Source of the DNA: Eledone cirrhosa
Lineage: Eukaryota
Assembly: GCA_964016885.1 (NCBI GenBank)
Contig: OZ024741.1
Location: forward strand, 217,682,001-217,746,000
Reading direction: 5' to 3'
Length of the DNA stretch: 64,000 bases
Under the pieces are notes generated by a model that saw nothing but the letters and a program-made list of their open reading frames with translations, made no database searches and was not told where the DNA came from. Within the stretch, counting starts at the first letter, position 1, and every line of letters begins with the position of its first letter. Of this stretch, positions 26,687 to 37,267 are shown one piece after another. Made by a program: the position numbers and the translations under genes.

Positions 26687-29600
26687 TCAGCATGTACCCA
26701 TGGGAGGTCGGGTACCCTGTATTACTGCGTGACGCCAGAAGTCACGGTCGTGTGTCATTGACTTTGAGAGGTGTAGTTGGGTAAGGTCGGCTTTTATCAC
26801 CTCATCCCAAGTCATCTTGGGTCTCCCCACTCCGCGGTTTCCATCAACTTCTAGTGCTCTGCACCTTTTTATGCAGCTGTCATCCTTCATACGCATCACA
26901 TGTCCATACCAGCGTAACCGCCTCTCCTGCACGCAGCATTTGATTCCTCTTATGCTCAGTCTCTCTCTCAATTCATTTATGCTTTGTCGTTCACGTATAT
27001 TACTGTTACACATCCATCGGAGCATGCAGGCTTCGTTTCTCTCTAATCTACGTAAGTCTTCCACCTTCAGCGCCCAGGTCTCACTACCATGCAACATCGC
27101 TGTTCGGATACACGCATCATACAGTCTGCCTTTCATTCTGAGGGAGAAGCCTTTTGCAGCTAGCAGTGGTAGTAGTTCCCTAAACTTCTTCCATCCCGTT
27201 CTTACCCTAGTTATTGTACTTTCTGAGCACCCACCTCCGTTGCTAATTCGGTCACCTAGGTAGCAGAAGCTGTCTACTGTTTCTACAGGGCCCTCCCAGA
27301 GATTGGTGGTACTTGTTTCCTGTGGCTGTTTGCTTGCTGTTTCAGCACAGCTGCTGCATGTGAATCCTACATTCTTAATTAAGCTTCCTGAGATCCCGCT
27401 ACATCTCTTGTGTACCCATTGTTTGCATTTGGGGCAAAGAATGGAGTTCCTACCTACACCTTTCCTACATACTGAGCAAGGCCATTTCCCTGAGGGGATC
27501 TGGGTTCTGTTTTCTCGTCTACTTATAAGGACCTTAGTCTTTGTCATGTTGACTTTGAGGCCCTTTCTCTCTAGTCCCTGCTTCCAGGTTTGGAATTTAT
27601 TCTCTAGTTCTACCATAGATTCAGCTATGAGTGCGAGGTCATCAGCATACAGGAGTTCCCATGGGCATCCGGTCTTAAACTCCTCCGTTATTGCCTGCAG
27701 GACTATGATGAACAGGAGAGGGCTAAGAACAGAGCCCTGGTGGACCCCAACCTGTACGCTAAATTCCTCGCTATACTCATTGCCAATCCTAACTTTGCTG
27801 ACTGCTCCCCTATACATGGCTTGTACCGCTTTCACAAGCCATTCATCTACTCCTAGTTTTCTAAGAGCCCACCAGATTACTGCACGTGGAACTCTGTCAA
27901 AGGCTTTCTCAAGGTCGACAAATGCCAAGTAGAGTGGCTTACTTTTAGCTAGGTACTTTTCCTGTAATTGCCTCACAAGGAAGAGCGCATCAGTGGTGCC
28001 TTTCCCTGGAACAAACCCAAATTGCATCTCGTCTATATTCACCCGGTCCCTAATCAGCTGTGCTATAACTCTTTCTGTTACTTTCATGACCTGGTCCATC
28101 AACTTTATACCTCTATAGTTTCCTCTATCTAGTGCATCGCCTTTACCTTTGTAGCAGTTGACAATGATGCTACTGCACCAATCTTTTGGTATGGCCCCCT
28201 CTAGTATTACCTGGTTAACGATACGTGTGGTTATAGTGTGACCTACAGACCCAGATGCCTTCAGCATCTCGGCAGCTATACCCGATGGACCGGTTGCCTT
28301 CCCTATCTTCATATCTCTGATTGCCTTACTTACTACGCTGCCGCTGACTTGTACTGCTGGTCCCTCTATAGGGTCTACGTGGGGTAGGGTCTCTTCTTCC
28401 CATGCATTCTCCTCATTTAGTAATCTATCATAATGACTCTTCCATGCATCTTTCTTCTCAGCACTTGTGAGGGCAAGCTCACCTTTATCATTCCGGATAC
28501 ACTTCTCTCCAATGACATCACAACTATCTCTGACACACTGCCTCGCAATCTTGAATACCTCCTGTTTCTGGTCCTCACGTTGTAAAACATGCTTGAATTT
28601 TCTATCCTCTGCTTCCCTCCTAGCTAAGTATACTTGTCGCCTAGCTTCCCTCTTGGTCTCTATGTAATGTACCCTGCTCCCCCCGTTCTTCCATTCTTTC
28701 CATGCCTGTCTCTTGGCCTTGACTGCTTCATCTACCTTATTGTTCCACCACCAAGTCACTCTCCTCCTGCTTGAGGTCTTACTCCAGCCACAAACCTCAT
28801 CCGTCGCCTCTAGTAAGTTATTTTTTAGGAACTCCCAGTTCTCTTCTACGTTAAATGTCTCTATCTGTTCTTCTTTACTGTCGTAGGCGTTGAGTAAAAT
28901 ATCTTTAAATCTGTTACTGGTTGAGGGGACTTTCAGCTTCCAGATCTTTCTTCTCCAGGTTGGCCTCTGTTTCAGGGCTCGTCTAGTTCTGACCGTGAGG
29001 TCGCTGACAACTAAGCTATGTTGGGATGTACATTCCTCACTAGGGAAGGCTTTTGTGTTTACGACCGTCCATCTGTCACGTCCTCTGATGAGGATAAAAT
29101 CTAACTGACTAGAGTGCTCCCCTGATCTATAGGTGATCAGGTGGTTGTCGGGTTTTTTAAAGTTTGTGTTACATATCGACATGTCATTGGCGTCGCAGAA
29201 TTCTAGAAGTCTGAATCCTTCCTCATTCCTTGTGCCAACTCCATGGCCTCCATGTACTCTATTGAAGCCGTCGCAGTGTTTACCTACGTGTCCGTTAAAA
29301 TCTCCTGCAATGATTAGGAAGTCCTTGTCGTCTGTTAGAGCAGTAGTGTGTATTAGGGACTCGTAAAACCTATCCTTAAGTTCGTCTGGCAGCCCCGATT
29401 GGGGTGCGTAAGCTGATATTATTGTGGTAATTGTCTTATTCAGGACTAGTCTGAGTTTAATGATTCTTGCATTTACCCTGTACACTGAGATTACTTTATC
29501 TACCCACTTGTCAGCTAATAGTATACCTACACCACCCATCCCATCGTCATTTCCCACCCAGAAAAATTTGTAGCACTGGCTTTTTCCTACAAGGACTCTA

Positions 29601-29806
29601 GCAGACCCTCCTCTCCATCTAGTCTCTTGCACACAGCATACATCAACTTCCTTTCGCTCTAGCATTTCTACGATTTCTCCTGCTCTTCCTTTCATTGAGC
29701 CTACATTGATGGTACCAACTCGGAGTTTTGGGCATTTGTCGACACTCGTAGGGGAGGGTCTCTGGGTTGGCGCTTCACGTGGGTGCTTGGTAGCTCGCAG
29801 ATTCAT
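26687..29806 (-). CDS. RTE LINE ORF: APE endonuclease + reverse transcriptase with an inserted PHD finger (1039 aa)
   Basis: APE motifs TINV, VQETRW, SAYAPQ, GDFN, SQLDFI, SQH; RT motifs [32 protein letters not shown]; RTE C-terminal LHGSETW, LRWYGHV, GRPKMTW; uninterrupted frame. Confidence 0.97.
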   Translation of the reverse strand: MNLRATKHPREAPTQRPSPTSVDKCPKLRVGTINVGSMKGRAGEIVEMLERKEVDVCCVQETRWRGGSARVLVGKSQCYKFFWVGNDDGMGGVGILLADKWVDKVISVYRVNARIIKLRLVLNKTITTIISAYAPQSGLPDELKDRFYESLIHTTALTDDKDFLIIAGDFNGHVGKHCDGFNRVHGGHGVGTRNEEGFRLLEFCDANDMSICNTNFKKPDNHLITYRSGEHSSQLDFILIRGRDRWTVVNTKAFPSEECTSQHSLVVSDLTVRTRRALKQRPTWRRKIWKLKVPSTSNRFKDILLNAYDSKEEQIETFNVEENWEFLKNNLLEATDEVCGWSKTSSRRRVTWWWNNKVDEAVKAKRQAWKEWKNGGSRVHYIETKREARRQVYLARREAEDRKFKHVLQREDQKQEVFKIARQCVRDSCDVIGEKCIRNDKGELALTSAEKKDAWKSHYDRLLNEENAWEEETLPHVDPIEGPAVQVSGSVVSKAIRDMKIGKATGPSGIAAEMLKASGSVGHTITTRIVNQVILEGAIPKDWCSSIIVNCYKGKGDALDRGNYRGIKLMDQVMKVTERVIAQLIRDRVNIDEMQFGFVPGKGTTDALFLVRQLQEKYLAKSKPLYLAFVDLEKAFDRVPRAVIWWALRKLGVDEWLVKAVQAMYRGAVSKVRIGNEYSEEFSVQVGVHQGSVLSPLLFIIVLQAITEEFKTGCPWELLYADDLALIAESMVELENKFQTWKQGLERKGLKVNMTKTKVLISRRENRTQIPSGKWPCSVCRKGVGRNSILCPKCKQWVHKRCSGISGSLIKNVGFTCSSCAETASKQPQETSTTNLWEGPVETVDSFCYLGDRISNGGGCSESTITRVRTGWKKFRELLPLLAAKGFSLRMKGRLYDACIRTAMLHGSETWALKVEDLRRLERNEACMLRWMCNSNIRERQSINELRERLSIRGIKCCVQERRLRWYGHVMRMKDDSCIKRCRALEVDGNRGVGRPKMTWDEVIKADLTQLHLSKSMTHDRDFWRHAVIQGTRPPMGTC

Positions 29807-30048
29807 ATTTCATCTATTGATTCAGAGTTGCTCGTGTATTCCCAGCTCATCCATCCCTAACGGTGGGAAAATTGAGGGCTAGAAGGACAGTGGTGGTGGG
29901 GTAATGGCAGGGTGTGTTGGGATGCGCCAGAGGAGGAGAGAGTTAGTTAGGCAGGTAGTAGCAGCAGCAGCAGTGGAAATGGCATGCTAGGTTTGATTGG
30001 TCGAATAGACTATGGTGGTGTGTGGGGGTGGGGGGAGGGAAATTGTGA

Positions 30049-31810
30049 GGTAGGAACTGAGGGTCGCATGGTAAATATCCAAGTTAATACTACATCAGTA
30101 AAATTAACAATAATAACGTCATGAAAAAAGCTACTAAGAGAAACCCTCGAAAATTTATCGCTAATACAGCAGGGAAAATTTAACGCTAATACAGCAGGGA
30201 ACATCATAATATTAACGACATGAAAAAGCTACTAAGAGAAACCCTCGAAAATTTATCGCTAATACAGCAGGGAAAATTTAACGCTAATACAGCAGGGAAC
30301 ATCATAATATTAACGACAATATGTAGGCTAAAATACCTTCGTAGATTAGGTGGATGGCTGGCTGGGAAAATTTGAATCAGCTCAGTGGTACATTTTAGCA
30401 GAGAAGAATGGCAAAGTGTCTTATCTCTTCAATATTTTCAGATTGAATGAATTAGGTTAAAGACAGGGTAGTAAGCCTTAAAGAAGTGCATAGAGGGGGG
30501 GGGGGGGTAGGAACTGAGGGTCGCATGGTAAATAACTGAGAGAGATACAATAGGATTAGAATACCGCATGGTAAATATCCAAGTTAATAAGTTAATACTA
30601 CATCAGTAAAATTAACAATAATAACGTCATGAAAAAAGCTACTAAGAGAAACCCTCGAAAATTTATCGCTAATACAGCAGGGAAAATTTAACGCTAATAC
30701 AGCAGGGAACATCATAATATTAACGACATGAAAAAAGCTACTAAGAGAAACCCTCGAAAATTTATCGCTAATACAGCAGGGAAAATTTAACGCTAATACA
30801 GCAGGGAACATCATAATATTAACGACATGAAAAAGCTACTAAGAGAAACCCTCGAAAATTTATCGCTAATACAGCAGGGAAAATTTAACGCTAATACAGC
30901 AGGGAACATCATAATATTAACGACAATATGTAGGCTAAAATACCTTCGTAGATTAGGTGGATGGCTGGCTGGGAAAATTTGAATCAGCTCAGTGGTACAT
31001 TTTAGCAGAGAAGAATGGCAAAGTGTCTTATCTCTTCAATATTTTCAGATTGAATGAATTAGGTTAAAGACAGGGTAGTAAGCCTTAAAGAAGTGCATAG
31101 AGGGGGGGGTAGGAACTGAGGGTCGCATGGTAAATAACTGAGAGAGATACAATAGGATTAGAATACCGCATGGTAAATATCCAAGTTAATAAGTTAATAC
31201 TACATCAGTAAAATTAACAATAATAACGTCATGAAAAAAGCTACTAAGAGAAACCCTCGAAAATTTATCGCTAATACAGCAGGGAAAATTTAACGCTAAT
31301 ACAGCAGGGAACATCATAATATTAACGACATGAAAAAGCTACTAAGAGAAACCCTCGAAAATTTATCGCTAATACAGCAGGGAAAATTTAACGCTAATAC
31401 AGCAGGGAACATCATAATATTAACGACAATATGTAGGCTAAAATACCTTCGTAGATTAGGTGGATGGCTGGCTGGGAAAATTTGAATCAGCTCAGTGGTA
31501 CATTTTAGCAGAGAAGAATGGCAAAGTGTCTTATCTCTTCAATATTTTCAGATTGAATGAATTAGGTTAAAGACAGGGTAGTAAGCCTTAAAGAAGTGCA
31601 TAGAGGGGGGGGGGGGGGTAGGAACTGAGGGTCGCATGGTAAATAACTGAGAGAGATACAATAGGATTAGAATACCGCATGGTAAATATCCAAGTTAATA
31701 AGTTAATACTACATCAGTAAAATTAACAATAATAACGTCATGAAAAAAGCTACTAAGAGAAACCCTCGAAAATTTATCGCTAATACAGCAGGGAAAATTT
31801 AACGCTAATA
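30049..31810 (-). repeat. Hierarchical tandem monomers (~460-600 bp, 3 full + 1 partial) at the LINE 5' end
   Basis: gtaggaactgagggtcgcatggtaaat recurs at ~30049, 30507, 31109, 31618; each monomer has 2-3 ~100-bp subunits containing 25-bp repeats (cgctaatacagcagggaa). Confidence 0.92.
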
Positions 31811-32075
31811 CATATATATATATATCTATATGTGTAGATTTAACACTTCACTGCTCGCAAGTGTTTTTTAAGCTTCATATGTCTCCCTATTTTATCTGAT
31901 GAGAACGCAAATATCATCCCATGATGATATTTGTTTTTGAAATGCGCATAATAAAATACATGGGACTCTTTTAACCATCTTTTGATCTTATGTTATACTC
32001 CAGTCCTATAAACTGTTGAGTGCTACTTATCTGATATTTGCATTGCTTTATTGTGCTACAATAAAACTCACCTCC

Positions 32076-32146
<71 letters not shown>

Positions 32147-32344
32147 CATCATTACCTTTGTCGTTTTAACGTCCACTTTCCCTGCTATCAAGGGTTGGAC
32201 AGGTCTATATAGACCAAGTCCTTACTGGAGCGGAGCCACTGATCTCCCAAGTAATCCAGGATCTGTGTCTCACTAATGTAAAGTCTCACATTCCATACCT
32301 TTGACACAACTGGTGGGTCCACCCGACCCTTTATTTGGCAAGAT

Positions 32345-33960
32345 CTTTAGCTTATGGGTCTTGTTCAACCATCTTGCTTGGGGCTTAGTCTGAGTCTCCT
32401 GCCAGTTGATTTTGTCTGTAAAATCTGTCTAGCAATTGTTTCCTGAGACATTCTTACCACAGGTCCATAATATTGGAGCTGTGATCTCTCAATTTGGAGA
32501 AGTAGCGGCTCTACCAAGAGTGACTCCCTGATCTCCGAACTATGCACTCTATCGAGTAACATTATTCCAAAATCCCATCAGAAAAACCCCATTTCAGCCA
32601 CTTGTGTTCACGATCATATTGCTTTCGATCATTACCCACAATTTATGACTATAACTATGGGCTGGTAGGAATACTGAATTCAAGATAGCGACTTTGGCTT
32701 TTACACCTACCTCTCTTTTTCTGATAACTGAATACCGAAGCAGACACATTACTGCACCAGCTCCTACAATTCTTGCACTTAATTCAACTTCCTGCCTTCC
32801 ATCACTCATGAACATGGCCCCAATACATTTGAACTTCTCCACCTGCTTCAGTAGAACTTCACTGTACAGGCTTCCTTGAGAAGATGAGTGTCTCAAACTT
32901 TGCAGCACTGATTTTCATTCCTGCCATGCAGCACTCAGTAAACCTATCAAGTGCTAATCAGAGATCACCTTCTGATGATTTAAGTAGTACCATGTCCTCC
33001 ACAAATTCCAGCCAACTGATTCTACACCCGCCAGTCTCAATACCACTTCCAACTCAGCTGTGCATGTCAGTCCTGTCCATGACAATTATGAACAGAAGAG
33101 GTGACAGTACACACCCTTGGTGGAGTCTGAGACCGACATTGAATGTTTTTGACTTAGTACCATTTATCTGAACACAAATGACGCATGGCTTAGTGGTTAG
33201 AGCATTGGGCTTGCAATCGAAAGGTTGTGAGTTCAATTCTCAGACTGGGTGATGTGTTGTTTCCTTGAGCAAGACACTTTATTTCACATTGCTCCAGTTT
33301 ACTCAGCTGTATAAATAAGATGATAGGACTGGGGTCCCTATCATTCCACCTCAAAGTGGTCGTGGAGGTGCATGGCAAAAAAGCACCCAGCCCACACTGT
33401 AAAGTGGACATGTAGGCGCCACGGAAAAAAAGCACCCAGCACTCACTGTAAATGAGGTTTGTGTTAGGAAGGGCATCCAGCTGTAGAAATCAAGCCAGAA
33501 TCAGTTCCCATATGAGCAAGACAAGGTCAGCCGACTCGACACTGCCCACAACAAGACAACCCACCTAACCCATGCTAGTGTGGAAGAACGGACGTAAAAC
33601 AGTGATGATGAAATATTAGGGTATTCATATAGAGATATCAGGGTAACGAGAAGTTGTCTATCGATCCCATACTCCTGCAAAACCTTCCACAGCAGGTCCC
33701 GTAGAACGTGGTTATATGCTTTTTGAGGTCTAAAAAACAAACATACACCTGTTGGCAATACTCCCACAATTTCTCAAAGACCTGCCGCAGTGTGAATATT
33801 TGGTCAGCTGTGCTGCATCTGGGGTGAAGGCTACACTGTTCGTCAGCTAGCTTCGACTTGACAATCTCGCTACATCTCTTTGCCAGACACTTAGCATAGA
33901 CGTTACCGGGAGAAGGGGGGGGGGGGCTTAACAAGGAGGTATCTCTGTAATTGGAACAGT
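32345..33960 (-). pseudogene. Decayed older RTE RT region, split by a SINE
   Basis: Frameshifted motifs DQIFTLRQVFEKLWEY, CFLDLKK/KAYN, GLHQGCVLSPLLF (as RLHQG), KQVEKFKCIG, EIRESLLVEPLLL. Confidence 0.9.
33180..33611 (+). mobile_element. SINE family B carrying the young RTE LINE 3' UTR (tail type 4)
   Basis: tRNA head + CORE-like block + hairpin (33180-33345), then ~260 bp matching the LINE 3' UTR, ending aaaacagtgatgatga. Confidence 0.92.
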
Positions 33961-34059
33961 CTTCCTTTTAACAAATTGAGATTATTACTCCTGATTGACA
34001 CAACTAAAGGGTTGTCCCCAGATTCTATAGAATGCTTGCTTAACAAAGGGTTGGGGGAC

Positions 34060-34370
34060 CCCCCCCCCCAAGGACATGACAACCTTTCTAGTGTTAGTTA
34101 TCCCGATAAAAGTGCCCAGTACACGCTGTAAATTGGTTGGTGTTAGGAAAGGCATCCAGCCATCAAAAAGGAAAACAAAGGTTGGGTGGACCCTCCAGTT
34201 ATATCAAAGACACGACAACCTCTCTAGTGCTGGTGCCACGATAAAATGTGCTTGGTAAAATGTGGAACTATCTGGGAGGTCAGTGGTCCTGCTGCAGTAC
34301 AGACATGGTCTGTGAAGACCAGTCCAACCTTTGCTGGCAGGGGAAGTAGATGTTAAATGATGATGATGAG
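34060..34370 (+). mobile_element. Degenerate RTE-type 3' UTR
   Basis: ggttggtgttaggaaaggcatccagcc and a (TGA)n tail followed by (TA)n. Confidence 0.6.
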
Positions 34371-34374
34371 GTTG

Positions 34375-34450
34375 ATATATTTACATACATATATAGCTGT
34401 GTGTGTATATATATATAATATGTGTGTGTATTTTTAAAACAAATATACGT

Positions 34451-34507
<57 letters not shown>

Positions 34508-35346
34508 TATACATATATATAGAGAGAGAGGGTTTATGTGATTGAGTGTCGATATTACCATAATGTCTGTTTAAAGTTCATTCTTCTGAAAATAACACAG
34601 TAAACACACACAAATATACAAACTACATATACACACATAGTATACACAATCATATACACACATAGTATACACACATACATACGTATATATATATACACAC
34701 ATACATACATACATATATACACACATACATACACACATACATATATATATATACACACATACATACATACATACATATATACACATACATGTACACACAT
34801 ACATACATACATATATACACACAGAAATACACACATATATACACACATACATACACACGTACATATATATATATACACACATACATACATACATATATAC
34901 ACACATACATACATGTACACACATACATACATATATATATACTCACATACATACATACATATATACATACATACATGTACACACATACATACATATATAT
35001 ATACTCACATACATACATATACATATACATATATATATATATATACACACACACACACCTTACAAAGGCCAAGCTTCAGTCTGGTTTTTCTCCTGCACAC
35101 TGACAGGGTCATCAGACCAGCAATACTAAGCGTGTACACATATACACACACACACACACATATATACATATACTTAAATATATATATATATACATACATA
35201 TATATATTTATATACATACATTCAGATATTTTTGTGTTTGTGTGTAAGTGTATATATATATGTGTGTGTATATGTATATGTGTATGTGTGTGTATGCATA
35301 TATATATATGTATATATATATATATATGTATGTATATATATATATA

Positions 35347-35431
<85 letters not shown>

Positions 35432-35445
35432 ATATATAGACATAC
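34375..35445. repeat. Compound (TA)/(CA)/(CATA) microsatellites
   Basis: Direct reading. Confidence 0.9.
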
Positions 35446-35509
35446 CTAAGTTGTAATCTAATCAATAATAACAGTGTAGCTGAACTGAAGTGGCAGCAGA
35501 CGATACCAA

Positions 35510-36835
35510 AACATCACCACCACCACCACCATCACCTGTATCACTATAACATCACCACCATCACCACCTGTATCACTATAACACCACCACCACCACCATC
35601 ACCTGTATCACTATAACATCACCACCATCACCACCTTTATCACTATAACACCAACACCACCACTACCACCAGTATCACTATAACATCACCACCACCACCA
35701 CTGCCACTACAACCACCATCACCACTTGTATCACTATAACAGCACCACCATAACCCCACTACCACCACCACTGCCACCACCATCACCACCTGTATCACTA
35801 TAACAGCACTAGCACCACCACTACAATCACCATCACCACCTGTATCACTATAACAGCGCTAGCACCACCACTACAATCACCATCACCACCTGTATCACTA
35901 TAACAGCACTAGCACCACCACTACAATCACCATCACCACCTGTATCACTATAACAGCACTAGCACCACCACTACAATCACCATCACCACCTGTATCACTA
36001 TAACAGCACTACCACCACCACTGCCACCACCATCACCACCTGTATCACTATAACAGCACTAGCACCACCACTACAATCACCATCACCACCAGTATCACTA
36101 TAACAGCACTAGCACCACCACTACAATCACCATCACCACCTGTATCACTATAACAGCACTAGCACCACCACTACAATCACCATCACCACCTGTATCACTA
36201 TAACAGCACTAGCACCACCACTACAATCACCATCACCACCTGTATCACTATAACAGCACTAGCACCACCACTACAATCACCATCACCACCTGTATCACTA
36301 TAACAGCACTAGCACCACCACTACAATCACCATCACCACCTGTATCACTATAACAGCACTAGCACCACCACTACAATCACCATCACCACCTGTATCACTA
36401 TAACAGCACTAGCACCACCACTACAATCACCATCACCACCTGTATCACTATAACAGCGCTAGCACCACCACTACAATCACCATCACCACATGTATCACTA
36501 TAACAGCACTAGCACCACCACTACAATCACCATCACCACCTGTATCACTATAACAGCACTAGCACCACCACTACAATCACCATCACCACCTGTATCACTA
36601 TAACAGCACTAGCACCACCACTACAATCACCATCACCACCTGTATCACTATAACAGCACTAGCACCACCACTACAATCACCATCACCACCTGTATCACTA
36701 TAACAGCACTAGCACCACCACTACAATCACCATCACCACCTGTATCACTATAACAGCACTAGCACCACCACTACAATCACCATCACCACCTGTATCACTA
36801 TAACAGCACCACCATAACCCCACTACCACCATCAC
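35510..36835. repeat. 50-bp minisatellite (~20 homogeneous copies) grading out of a (CAC)n tract
   Basis: tgtatcactataacagcactagcaccaccactacaatcaccatcaccacc at 35791, 35841, 35891... Confidence 0.95.
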
Positions 36836-37267
36836 CACATTAGTAAAGCCCTCTCTACTGCAAGCATTCAGGTCAGTTTCTCAGTTTGAAGATATTCTTT
36901 TGTCTTGGAGACCTCTCCTTCTCTGACTGTCATTGAGGGGAGGATGAGGGGTGAAAGGGAGAGGAAGAGCAGGGAAAAAGTAAGAGCAAGAGAGAAAAGG
37001 GGAAAGAAAAGAGAGGCAGAGAAATAGAGGAGAAGGAAGAGAAAGAGTAGAAGGAGGAAGAAAAAAGAGGGGAATGTGGGAGAAATGGGTGGGGGAAGCT
37101 TATCCTTAATCCAACATAAAATTGATCCTTCTCTCATGTCAACCATTATTCACACCTATTCCCCGCCTCTCACTGTTCTGGAAATCTTGGAACCTTCAAA
37201 TGATGGAAACATTTAGATATGTTCGACCACCTCAACTGCTACAAAGATTTCGTTTCAGATCTCCTAC

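Larger units (their letters stand above)
26384..31810 (-). mobile_element. Full-length RTE-clade LINE (~5.4 kb)
   Basis: (TGA)n tail 26384-26406, 3' UTR to 26686, single APE-RT ORF, 5' region with tandem monomers; both ends abut (TA)n. The 5' boundary is inferred. Confidence 0.9.

Noticed and set aside
26817-29366. Plus-strand ORFs overlapping the LINE
   Set aside because: Antisense shadows of the RT ORF with no motifs
33180-33255. tRNA genes at SINE heads
   Set aside because: A/B boxes are present, but the sequence continues into SINE core and tail with no complete acceptor stem or terminator
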